Notes under the pieces: generated by a model
Databases searched by the model: none
The model's input: only the letters and a program-made list of their open reading frames with translations
What the model was told of the DNA's origin: nothing
Part shown: positions 18,844 to 27,541 of the stretch, in pieces
How positions within the stretch are numbered: position 1 is the first letter of the stretch
How the letters are laid out: each line of letters starts with the position of its first letter
Made by a program: the position numbers and the translations under genes
Virus record (IMG/VR): IMGVR_UViG_3300033489_000001
Span: 1 to 62,022 of that record
Length of the DNA: 62,022 nucleotides
Reading direction: 5' to 3' (one strand)
DNA from: a virus
Taxonomy: Duplodnaviria > Heunggongvirae > Uroviricota > Caudoviricetes

Positions 18844-18866
18844 CATCGAATTTTTAAACCGCAATC

Positions 18867-20000
18867 CTAGTGGGCTTGAAAAGCTTCTGGAAACTCCGCT
18901 AGTAATTTAGCTTTAAATTCGTCAGATTCAGCAACAAATACAGCTTTTATTATATCTGGACGATCTTCAAAATCAGCTTGGAGACGAGCTAATTTCTTTT
19001 TTGGAGAGGCCGCAAAGTCATAGGAATCAGGGAAGTCAGGACATATAGTACGAGCCATCCTCACTCTAACCTCCACCGTTCCGTCCTGAATCATTGGTGG
19101 CATTTTCACAGATCTTGGATGCGGCTCGGGCTTAGTGCGCTCAGGCCCATTTGTATTCTTAAACGTAATCCCATCTTCTACTAAGGTGGATTGTTTAGCA
19201 CTACCCCCTGTACCAGATAAATCTACGGTCTCAATACCACCCCCAACTTTCTGTGTAAGGTTTATCCCCTCTTGCTCTTTAGCTTGAACTGTTTTGATCG
19301 TTGCTACTGTAACCGGTTGTTGATCAGCATCTACATAGCGAGAACGCAAAGTACTTTTTTGATTTAAATAAGCCTTGCGATCAACAGGAGTCATACGTGC
19401 CAACATCTCTTCTTCTGTGACCCCTTTTCCAGGCTCAATTTGAATGTTTTCCGCCGCCCTAATTGCTGCCCCTGCTGACCCTGCTGTTAATGAAGTTTTT
19501 CCAGCATCCGCAGCAGTCTTTAGAGAACGAACCGGAATCCCACCTTGATCCTCTATAACCTCTGTAGTACCAGACCTTTTTCCTGTAATTTTTGCCTTGT
19601 TTTGTTCTCTGGTTGACTTTGCATGATCAGCCGAACTCATTACAACGCGCTCATCGGTCTCAGTTATAACCGTCTCAAAAGGCTTGGATTTCCCATCATC
19701 TGTTGGAGGACGAACCTTAATGTTTGCTGATACGGGCCTACCATAACTGGCGTTCCCCTCCTCATATTCAGAAGTAAGCACTAACCACTCTGCCGAAACT
19801 GCACTTCTTAACTGAGGAAACGGATACTTCGCTCCAGCATACTCCACGGTAGAACCATCAAAAAGCACTTCTGAGTCTTTAGCCACCGTTACGTTGAAAG
19901 CCCCAAGAGCAAAACTGCGCGTGGCTGTGAAACTCTGATATTCCCCTGATTTAAATTTAATCTGCTCCATATTTTTATCTCCATTAATCTCTCTGTACAA
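18867..20000 (-). CDS. Hypothetical protein; N-terminal domain shared with 48952..49386 (true start probably MEQIKF)
   Basis: TATRSF...FDG.....G.K..xPxL..A....WL present in both proteins. Confidence 0.6.
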   Translation of the reverse strand: MYREINGDKNMEQIKFKSGEYQSFTATRSFALGAFNVTVAKDSEVLFDGSTVEYAGAKYPFPQLRSAVSAEWLVLTSEYEEGNASYGRPVSANIKVRPPTDDGKSKPFETVITETDERVVMSSADHAKSTREQNKAKITGKRSGTTEVIEDQGGIPVRSLKTAADAGKTSLTAGSAGAAIRAAENIQIEPGKGVTEEEMLARMTPVDRKAYLNQKSTLRSRYVDADQQPVTVATIKTVQAKEQEGINLTQKVGGGIETVDLSGTGGSAKQSTLVEDGITFKNTNGPERTKPEPHPRSVKMPPMIQDGTVEVRVRMARTICPDFPDSYDFAASPKKKLARLQADFEDRPDIIKAVFVAESDEFKAKLLAEFPEAFQAH

Positions 20001-20050
20001 CTAAAAACCAGACAACAGTCTCCCCTTATGATAAAAGATAAGTAGATTAA

Positions 20051-20698
20051 TCAAATAGCCCAATTTACAGGATGTCCCCCGAGGGCTCGATTAATTTTTG
20101 AAAAAGGACGGCTACCAAAAAAGCCATTAGAAGCGCTCATAGGACTCGGGTGAGCAGACTCTATAACAACATGCTTTTTTGTATCAATAAGGGAAGACTT
20201 ATCTCTTGCATACCGTCCCCAAAGAACAAAAACCATGGGACGATCCCGATCACTAAGAATCCGAATCACAGAATCCGTAAACTTTTCCCAACCCTTACCT
20301 TGATGAGATCCCGGTTCACCTTCTCGAACTGTCAAAACGGAATTAAGTAAAAAAACGCCTTGTTGAGCCCATTTAATCAAATGCCCGTGCGTAGGAATAG
20401 GGACCCCAAGATCGGCTCGCAATTCCTTATAAATGTTCTGCAAACTTGGTGGGGTTAAAGTTCCGGGCAATACTGAGAAGCTCAACCCATGTGCTTGCTT
20501 AGGTCTATGATAGGGATCTTGCCCAAGAATAATCACACGAACTGCGTCAAGAGATGTCACATTGAACGCAGTAAATACAAACCCCGGCGGAGGGTACACA
20601 ATGCCCTCAGCTCGCTCTTGCTTTACAAACTCTAATAGATCTTTGAAGTAAGTTTTCTCAAACTCAAGCGCAAGAGCTGTCTTCCAAGAAGCATCCAC
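20051..20698 (-). CDS. ung: Uracil-DNA glycosylase, family 1
   Basis: GQDPYH, AHGLSFSV, PPSLQNIYKEL, LLNSVLTV, HPSPMS. Confidence 0.96.
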   Translation of the reverse strand: MDASWKTALALEFEKTYFKDLLEFVKQERAEGIVYPPPGFVFTAFNVTSLDAVRVIILGQDPYHRPKQAHGLSFSVLPGTLTPPSLQNIYKELRADLGVPIPTHGHLIKWAQQGVFLLNSVLTVREGEPGSHQGKGWEKFTDSVIRILSDRDRPMVFVLWGRYARDKSSLIDTKKHVVIESAHPSPMSASNGFFGSRPFSKINRALGGHPVNWAI

Positions 20699-20728
20699 AT
20701 AACGGGGCTACACCAACTTAAGCCCCCT

Positions 20729-21667
20729 CTACACAAAGTTCAGCGGCATTATTGTGTTAAACAAAACATCCGGCCAAAGACCTAACAGCTTAGCTTTGAC
20801 CCTGAAGTTATCATAACGATCATTCCCATCGGGTCGATCGTGCCAAGCACCATAATCTTGAGTGCCTATCTTGCGTATAAGAGCGCCCGGTAGTGCAGCA
20901 ACGTTCTTGGTCTCTGAAAGAACCTCGGTAAGACACTTTGCTGCAAGGCCAGGAGCATTCACACTGGCCGAATGGTAAAAGCACATAGCCAAATCAATAC
21001 TAGGAATATGAATAGGGTCGTCCAACGTAGATAAATTAGGTATCGTTATGGCCTCTATCGTCTCCACAGTGGATTGAAACATCGCCTCATAAGCCTTACG
21101 TTCCAACGCAGCATATCCATTTACCAAATAAGATAAAGCATATTCCGTCTGAGCTTTATAAGTTGTGGGATCAGAAAACAAGTTGTGAAATAACATAGCC
21201 CACTTGTCCGCTACACCTCTATTTGAACCTGTCTCTGGAACAACGCCATTTACCGGGGCAACCATATTCCTAATCTGCCTTCCGGTTATAAGGGAGCCTC
21301 CTTTTATACTTCGCAGCTTACCATCTTTGGCTAAGAAACAACCCGCTTGTTTGAAAGCTTCGAGCAAAGGAGCAAGACTAGCATTACCATCAGAGACACT
21401 AACCTCTATGGCTCTAAGGAGGGAAAAGAGCGGACCTTGTTCACCTGTACTTGGAAAGTTAGCTATCCAATGAAAAGGGCCACCAGAAATCCCACACCCG
21501 TCGTAGCTTTGGACTGTTCCCCATTTTCCCGCTTCCAATTGAGAGGTGAGATAAAAAGCCCTGTGTAAATGGCTGTTCTTGTCCCCCTCCGCCAATAGAA
21601 CCGGGACATCGCCCCTTATAAGAATGCCGGAATACTTGTTGTATTTGTACCACTTACTGATGCTCAT
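20729..21667 (-). CDS. Putative lysozyme-like peptidoglycan hydrolase/endolysin
   Basis: E-x(8-9)-YD..GISGG..HW motif reminiscent of phage muramidases. Confidence 0.45.
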   Translation of the reverse strand: MSISKWYKYNKYSGILIRGDVPVLLAEGDKNSHLHRAFYLTSQLEAGKWGTVQSYDGCGISGGPFHWIANFPSTGEQGPLFSLLRAIEVSVSDGNASLAPLLEAFKQAGCFLAKDGKLRSIKGGSLITGRQIRNMVAPVNGVVPETGSNRGVADKWAMLFHNLFSDPTTYKAQTEYALSYLVNGYAALERKAYEAMFQSTVETIEAITIPNLSTLDDPIHIPSIDLAMCFYHSASVNAPGLAAKCLTEVLSETKNVAALPGALIRKIGTQDYGAWHDRPDGNDRYDNFRVKAKLLGLWPDVLFNTIMPLNFV

Positions 21668-21697
21668 AATTCAGCAAGTGGGATAAAAGATTATGAG

Positions 21698-22345
21698 CTA
21701 AGTGCAAAGGAGTTTTCTAGCTATGACACGAGTCTCACCCCTTAAAAATCTGCCCACTGTAGAATGATCAACACCAAACTTATCCGCAATTTGCCGGTGG
21801 GTAAGGCCCTTACGTGCCAAACGCATAATACTAACAAGATCTGCCTTTGTTAGTTTAGTCCTGGGATTTTTCGTATCCGAATGATAAATACGAGGGGGTA
21901 ATGTTCGATCTAATTCCTTTTCATTAATTACGGGGAAGGAATTTTTTAAATATACGATAGCTGATTTAAATCTTGCCACATCATCGTCAAAATAACCTAA
22001 ACCCCTATTACAACGGCTACATAATAGACCTCGAATGCGCCCTGTAGCATGACAGTGATCTACCACCAAACGTCTAAACCGTAAAGATTTTCCAGATCCC
22101 CCACAAATTGCGCATACGCCACCTTGAGCAGCCAATATCCTGTCATACTGCTCTTGGCTAATTCCAAATCTAGACTTTATACGATTAGCAGAGATTTTAG
22201 AAGCATCCATTTTATACTTCAATCTCGTGCAAACCTTACAATAAGGAGAACACTCACTAGATTTTGTAGCGTGCCCATAAAAAGCATCAAACGGCTTAGT
22301 ATCCCCACAGATTGGGCAACGTTTCATTCCATAATGGTTACGCAC
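21698..22345 (-). CDS. Endonuclease VII-family HNH homing endonuclease with C-terminal HTH
   Basis: QGGVCAICG...LVVDHCHATGRIRGLLCSRCNRGLG. Confidence 0.88.
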   Translation of the reverse strand: MRNHYGMKRCPICGDTKPFDAFYGHATKSSECSPYCKVCTRLKYKMDASKISANRIKSRFGISQEQYDRILAAQGGVCAICGGSGKSLRFRRLVVDHCHATGRIRGLLCSRCNRGLGYFDDDVARFKSAIVYLKNSFPVINEKELDRTLPPRIYHSDTKNPRTKLTKADLVSIMRLARKGLTHRQIADKFGVDHSTVGRFLRGETRVIARKLLCT

Positions 22346-22428
22346 ACGTAACCATTAGCACGCTCTATTAGTTATGCAAAGTGTGTCCGACCGCTTCCTT
22401 GCCATCGGGCTAACACAGTTTGAGCGGT

Positions 22429-23073
22429 TTAGTGACCATAACCGAAAGCGGTTTGATACTTAGGTTTACCATCCCATTTGGATGCCCAACTATAAGAATT
22501 AATCTTTACCCCATGCCCCGGACTCACTCTCCTACGAAGAACCGGACCATGATAGGAGCTAGGAACAGGTACTACATAATCAGCCCCCCGCTCCTCTTTA
22601 ACAACTTTACCGCCAATTTGTCGAATGGCTACCATCTGCGACCCTAAAATCTCAATCACTTCAAAGAAGTCAACGTGCGTTTCGTCATACCCCCAACTAG
22701 AATCAAGAATGTCTCCTACGTTGAATTCATGTTTAAACTCACGACGCTCTTGTAGCTTCCTATTCTTATCCTCAAGAACGCTTTTACGAGATGCAATGGT
22801 TTCTTTAATACTACGATCCCGATCCGCTTCACTACGAAAAGCGTAATGCCAAAGAGGTTTGCTCTGCTTCCCAGCAAAAGCAATGGCGTAATACTTGATC
22901 CCTTTGTCAGTCTCAACTTCATACGGCCAAATAGCTAAGTCTGTACCCTCAGGCAAAATTGGGTCTTTCCCACGAGCTTGCTGAGGTAAATAAGATTCTC
23001 GAGGCATAAAAAAGCGTCCTACCGCTTCTTCTTGCCATCGGGCTAATACGGTTTGAGCAGAGGGAGTTGCCAT
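22429..23073 (-). CDS. Hypothetical protein with SWGYD motif and N-terminal TVLARW tag-like segment
   Basis: GDILDSSWGYDETHVDFFEV; N-terminus MATPSAQTVLARWQEEA. Confidence 0.6.
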   Translation of the reverse strand: MATPSAQTVLARWQEEAVGRFFMPRESYLPQQARGKDPILPEGTDLAIWPYEVETDKGIKYYAIAFAGKQSKPLWHYAFRSEADRDRSIKETIASRKSVLEDKNRKLQERREFKHEFNVGDILDSSWGYDETHVDFFEVIEILGSQMVAIRQIGGKVVKEERGADYVVPVPSSYHGPVLRRRVSPGHGVKINSYSWASKWDGKPKYQTAFGYGH

Positions 23074-23096
23074 GCTCTAGGAAAAAAATGAAAAGA

Positions 23097-23693
23097 TTAG
23101 ACTGGTTTTAAGTCCTCAGACGACTTACAAATATAGCAATAACGCCGGGTATTGTTTTCGGAAGTATCCACATAAGAATTCCCACAACTACAAACTTTAT
23201 GCCGTGCTTCTTCCCGACAAGTTGGACACCGTACAAATGTTTCGGTAGGAGCCCTAAGAAATTTTTTGCTGCACGTTTGACAAGTTCGCCAACCAGTCTC
23301 TTTGGAATCTCTGAAATAAGTAAGGTCTGTTGCAAGACCGGTTCTAAATAGTTTTTCTCTCCTACGATGTTCAGGGCAACAGAACTTCATACTATTTTGA
23401 GTTGAAGTGTCTACAAAAACCTCTCCACAATGGCGATATTCACAAACCTTTGTCCGGCCTTCCACCTCAGAAGCGGCTTGACAAGAAGGACAAAATTTGA
23501 AACTTCCAAAAGCGGAAGTCTGCCATGAAGAGCCACACTTTTGACACTTAAAAGTTCTTACCCCACTCACTGGATTAGCTTGGCGATAAAGAGTCCGCCT
23601 ATAACGTGCGTAACAAGCTTCATTATGAAACAAGTTACTACGTCTAACTGCCCAAAATCCAACACCACAACCTTTACATATAACTGCTATCAT
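23097..23693 (-). CDS. Cys-rich multi-zinc-finger protein
   Basis: Numerous CxxC pairs and a repeated VDTSxxNxxxxC motif. Confidence 0.65.
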   Translation of the reverse strand: MIAVICKGCGVGFWAVRRSNLFHNEACYARYRRTLYRQANPVSGVRTFKCQKCGSSWQTSAFGSFKFCPSCQAASEVEGRTKVCEYRHCGEVFVDTSTQNSMKFCCPEHRRREKLFRTGLATDLTYFRDSKETGWRTCQTCSKKFLRAPTETFVRCPTCREEARHKVCSCGNSYVDTSENNTRRYCYICKSSEDLKPV

Positions 23694-23714
23694 TTTCGGT
23701 AATTCCGACCATTT

Positions 23715-25661
23715 TTATGTTCTTTTCTGAAAAACTAACAACGGTTCCGTTCGCGCCTCTTGACCTATACTACCAATAGGTAAGGCTAAAGTTGAGATGT
23801 GAATAAAATCGGATTCCTTTGCGAACACTGTTAATTCATCCGCTATAGGATAAACAATATTCTGCATCTTGATATTTTTAGTGTTTACACAAAAAATCCC
23901 CCCTGGTTTAAGATAAGACTTAGATTTATTTACCAATGGGTGCAGGAAGTTTTCCACCCAAGCTGTCCAAGTTAGATAGCGTACCCAACTTTGTTTTACA
24001 TCATCCGAATAGCGCTCAACACAGTAATACGGAGGGCTAGTAAATACCAAATCCACTTGGGTGGTAGCATTAAGTGAAACATCTTCAAAAGCTTCATTAA
24101 TCAAGGTTAAAGAATTTGAATCAAAAAAAGAAGACAACTGTTTAAATGCTTCTGGTGCTTTTGGATGAGGCTCTATTCCAATATAACGCCTACCTGAAGC
24201 TAAAGTACCTGATGCCCTGCCCCCATAACCTGCGCAAGGATCAAGTACTACTCCATTTTCCGGACAAAAATGATCAACAATGGCTTTAGCCAAAGATGGT
24301 CTGAAATTCGTTGGCGCATGACTAATAGCTTGAATAGCTCTAAATATTCGTTTTACCGATAATCCGTGTCCTCTCCCCCATTGAAAATAAATAGCTTGTC
24401 TTAAAAGTTCCGGATTTGCCCAAGCCTGTCTAACAGAGGTTCCTCGGTAATATCTTGCATCAAATCGATAAGGAAAGCATTGGTTGCAAATAGAATAACC
24501 AGCTTGAGAAACCTTCTTGAATAACCCGTCAACATCCAAATAAGTAGGAGCTTTTCGTAATTGGTTAGCTTCTAGCAATAAAGATGCATGATCCCAGATT
24601 GTAACCGGAAACTCTACTTGCAAAAGGATATTTACTATATTTGACGCTTGTTCATAAATATCATCATCTTCCTCAGTGATAACCTGTTCTGCAATCAAGG
24701 AATCCACTTCTTCTATCGAAAGAATTGTTCTCTTTGGAGGCCTCCCAGCCTTATTACGCTCAAACCCATATTTATCTAATGCACGTCTAAGATTACTTCT
24801 TGGAACACCTAAAATCTTAGCAATTCTATCCGCAGGAATTCCTCGTTCAACAAAAGGTTTGATTGCATCTTTTGTTAAAATGTTTCTAGCCGAAGGCCCC
24901 CGCTTGCGAGATTTAAGTTCCAACTTATAGGACATGCAAGACGGGACATGTGGTGCAATCAAATCAACAAACTTAGTGATGGCATCACGTCCTCCAGCTA
25001 TACGAACAGTCGATTCTCCACCTTCCCCATAAATTCTTCCATCAAAACCAAATATAGACAGAATGTGGATTTGAACTTTCTGACTCCCTAAATCGGGACC
25101 AATAGCAAACCTTACATAAGAATCATTTTTCGAGCCATCGTCCAAATACCACACGGCAAGGGCAAGGGCATCAACCACTTTGGGGTCAAGAAGTTTAACG
25201 GTTTTATTTCCAAACCCTTCCGGATAAAACAATTTCCAATATGGTTTGAACACTCTGGCTGCATGAGTCCTAAATTGAAATCCTTTGTGTTTACCCTTGT
25301 TATGAGGAGTTAACTTCTGAACAGAAAAAGGCTCGAATTCTTTAACCTTCCACTCCAAATACCGTTTCTGCTGAATAGAATGAAACTCACAAAAACTAGC
25401 TGTATCTTCACCTGTGGAATACAGTCTACCATCACCAAGCATAGATCCAACTAAAATGGATTGCAGGCGACTTGATAGTAAAAGTGGTAAATTTAATCGA
25501 TCAGATTTAAGTATAGTCTGAATACCATACTTCTGACGTAGACGACTTATAGTTGTTTGTGTAGCACCATATTCCTTAGCTATCTGAGTATCAGTAAGAC
25601 GTTCATCTAAGTATAATTGACGTAAAATCTCCTCTGAAATAAATTGGCCACGAGCCGTCAT
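23715..25661 (-). CDS. LAGLIDADG homing endonuclease fused to an amino-DNA methyltransferase (start moved to ATG 25661)
   Basis: LAGLIDADG motifs ILVGSMLGDG and ALAVWYLDDGS; MTase motifs VLDPCAGYGG and VFTSPPY; promoter directly upstream of ATG 25661. Confidence 0.85.
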   Translation of the reverse strand: MTARGQFISEEILRQLYLDERLTDTQIAKEYGATQTTISRLRQKYGIQTILKSDRLNLPLLLSSRLQSILVGSMLGDGRLYSTGEDTASFCEFHSIQQKRYLEWKVKEFEPFSVQKLTPHNKGKHKGFQFRTHAARVFKPYWKLFYPEGFGNKTVKLLDPKVVDALALAVWYLDDGSKNDSYVRFAIGPDLGSQKVQIHILSIFGFDGRIYGEGGESTVRIAGGRDAITKFVDLIAPHVPSCMSYKLELKSRKRGPSARNILTKDAIKPFVERGIPADRIAKILGVPRSNLRRALDKYGFERNKAGRPPKRTILSIEEVDSLIAEQVITEEDDDIYEQASNIVNILLQVEFPVTIWDHASLLLEANQLRKAPTYLDVDGLFKKVSQAGYSICNQCFPYRFDARYYRGTSVRQAWANPELLRQAIYFQWGRGHGLSVKRIFRAIQAISHAPTNFRPSLAKAIVDHFCPENGVVLDPCAGYGGRASGTLASGRRYIGIEPHPKAPEAFKQLSSFFDSNSLTLINEAFEDVSLNATTQVDLVFTSPPYYCVERYSDDVKQSWVRYLTWTAWVENFLHPLVNKSKSYLKPGGIFCVNTKNIKMQNIVYPIADELTVFAKESDFIHISTLALPIGSIGQEARTEPLLVFQKRT

Positions 25662-25669
25662 AGTTGACC

Positions 25670-25698
25670 AGTATAAACTGTCCAAAAGTACCTGTCAA
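25670..25698 (-). promoter_or_regulatory. Sigma70-type promoter (near-leaderless)
   Basis: TTGACA-17 nt-TATACT, 8 nt before ATG 25661. Confidence 0.75.
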
Positions 25699-25814
25699 GT
25701 AATAAGACATAGGCAACCCTCCGTACTACGACCCCAACGCCAGGTCAACTGTATTTTACGTTGGAATAGTCAAATTTAACAAAATATTCGGGGGATTATC
25801 CAACCTTGGAGCAT

Positions 25815-25857
25815 TTAAAATCGAAAGGCCCAATCCGTTACCAGACTGGGCCTTTTC
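25815..25857 (-). terminator. Terminator-like hairpin downstream of the major capsid gene
   Basis: aaaggcccagtc-loop-gattgggccttt, then cgatttt. Confidence 0.65.
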
Positions 25858-25891
25858 GTTGGATTCTTTAGTCTTTTCGCTTAGTTAACTA

Positions 25892-26770
25892 CTAGACACG
25901 AGTGATAACTACGCGGGTTAAACCACGCGGGTTGAACGCGCCCAGACCCAGATTCTCGAAACAACTGAAGCCAATTGTCCGAGCCTTTGGATCATCTGCC
26001 GACAAAACGGTGATCTCGGTGCGCACGGGTATCCTGCCGAATTGTTCGGGTTCGCAGCAAACATAGGCGAAGCCAGCCGGGACGAGCCTGGACGTGATAA
26101 TCTGGGCACCCCACAGAACGGATTGGAGGCCGGTCTTGAGCAGAGTGGCCTGACTCTCGATATCCAAGATGTCACGACCGAACTTACGGATGTCTGCGTA
26201 ATCCACGGAATTCATGTATACACGAGCTACACGAAGGTCATGGCGTTCTACCTCAGCAAACGCATCGGCAAGAACCGCAGGCGAGATCGGAGCAACCACC
26301 GGAACATCCGGGTTGGTTTGCGCCGGTAGCGTATCGTAACCCGAGATAGCAATGCTATCCAGGATTGCGAAAGCACGCTCATCTTCCGCCGCCTGAATCT
26401 GAGCCTTTGCCAAATCCTGAGCACGTTCGATTAAGTCGAACCGACGTTCTTTGATTTGGGTCAGCGGGATTTCAGGGTTAGAAGCGATCTCAAACAAGGG
26501 GAAGATCACGCGGCGTGGCTTCTGGATAGCAAGAATATTCTCGCCTTCCTCACCCACAACGTAAGCGGTCACATCCGGGTCCTTGTCATAGATCGGCAGG
26601 GCACCGTCCGGAAGCTGTTCGACCAGGAAGGTCTTACGACCAACGGCCGAATAGTCACGGCGGAGACGTAACGGTTGGATCATTGAAGCAGCGAGTTTTG
26701 CACGACCGGCAGCGGTCTTGATATACTCACTGATAACTTGCTGTTTGACTTCGTTGGATACTTGTCCCAT
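25892..26770 (-). CDS. Major capsid protein, HK97 fold
   Basis: Lies after protease, scaffold and decoration genes; GC-richer, apparently biased codon use; HK97-like segments (GRKTFLVEQL, VYMNSVDYADI, LWGAQIITS, GLGAFNPRGL). Confidence 0.85.
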   Translation of the reverse strand: MGQVSNEVKQQVISEYIKTAAGRAKLAASMIQPLRLRRDYSAVGRKTFLVEQLPDGALPIYDKDPDVTAYVVGEEGENILAIQKPRRVIFPLFEIASNPEIPLTQIKERRFDLIERAQDLAKAQIQAAEDERAFAILDSIAISGYDTLPAQTNPDVPVVAPISPAVLADAFAEVERHDLRVARVYMNSVDYADIRKFGRDILDIESQATLLKTGLQSVLWGAQIITSRLVPAGFAYVCCEPEQFGRIPVRTEITVLSADDPKARTIGFSCFENLGLGAFNPRGLTRVVITRV

Positions 26771-26782
26771 TTTTTATGCTCC

Positions 26783-27445
26783 TTATACCCTTAGGTCAAA
26801 CACTAGGAGTGACGAGTTAGCATCTGGAGCAACCTTGACTATACCGATTACGGTCACATCGTAAGTCGCCGGAGCTGTTGGAACAGCCGGGACCGTAACG
26901 TTATATTCATAGGCGTCCGTTATTTCGTTACAGATAAAGCCGTTGCAAGAAGCATACAGCTTATCTCCAACGTGGTAGGTGACGGGGTCACCAGGGGTAA
27001 GAGCACCAGCGCCAAGTAGATTCTTGGTCTCATAGATCGAAACACCGACGCATGAACCGCTACCGCAGACATACGCCCCGCGTCCCGAAGCTACACCTGG
27101 TGTGTTCTCAAAGGCATTCCCAAGGGCATCATTGATATAGATACCGAGGGGACGATAGCCAGCGGTATAAGCACCAGAGGGCTTGATGGGGCCACCGTGC
27201 ATGTTGTTACCTGCAAGGGGCCGTGTGAACGCTATAGAACCACCAAGGACACCTACCTTAGTGATACCAGCTAGCGTCGTTGAGACGGTCGCGGGATCGG
27301 TGACTACAGGAGGATTGGCCTGTGTAAACGCATCCGCTGCCAAGATACCCACCGCGTTGCGGGTAACGACATGGAGGAGTTGTACACGACCAGAAGTCTC
27401 CCTAAAATCACCCGAACTTTGACCGCCGATGGCAAAAGCTGTCAT
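26783..27445 (-). CDS. Head decoration/cement protein
   Basis: Directly upstream of the MCP; strong SD; YET...TYHVGDKLYAS.NG motif. Confidence 0.65.
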   Translation of the reverse strand: MTAFAIGGQSSGDFRETSGRVQLLHVVTRNAVGILAADAFTQANPPVVTDPATVSTTLAGITKVGVLGGSIAFTRPLAGNNMHGGPIKPSGAYTAGYRPLGIYINDALGNAFENTPGVASGRGAYVCGSGSCVGVSIYETKNLLGAGALTPGDPVTYHVGDKLYASCNGFICNEITDAYEYNVTVPAVPTAPATYDVTVIGIVKVAPDANSSLLVFDLRV

Positions 27446-27541
27446 AATGACTTCTCTCCTTCACGGGCGTTAAAGATTGGGGTGGTTTACATTTGATTTA
27501 ATCTGATATGCCGCAACTCTCAGAGGAGAGATTTGGAAAAC

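Noticed and set aside
25700-25890. tRNA or structured RNA in the larger intergenic gaps (also 27446-27541 and 50520-50597)
   Set aside because: No cloverleaf or T-loop consensus is visible; only the terminator hairpin is supported.
25892-26770. MCP as a cellular encapsulin operon
   Set aside because: Terminase, portal, protease and scaffold genes are adjacent, so it is a genuine phage head module.
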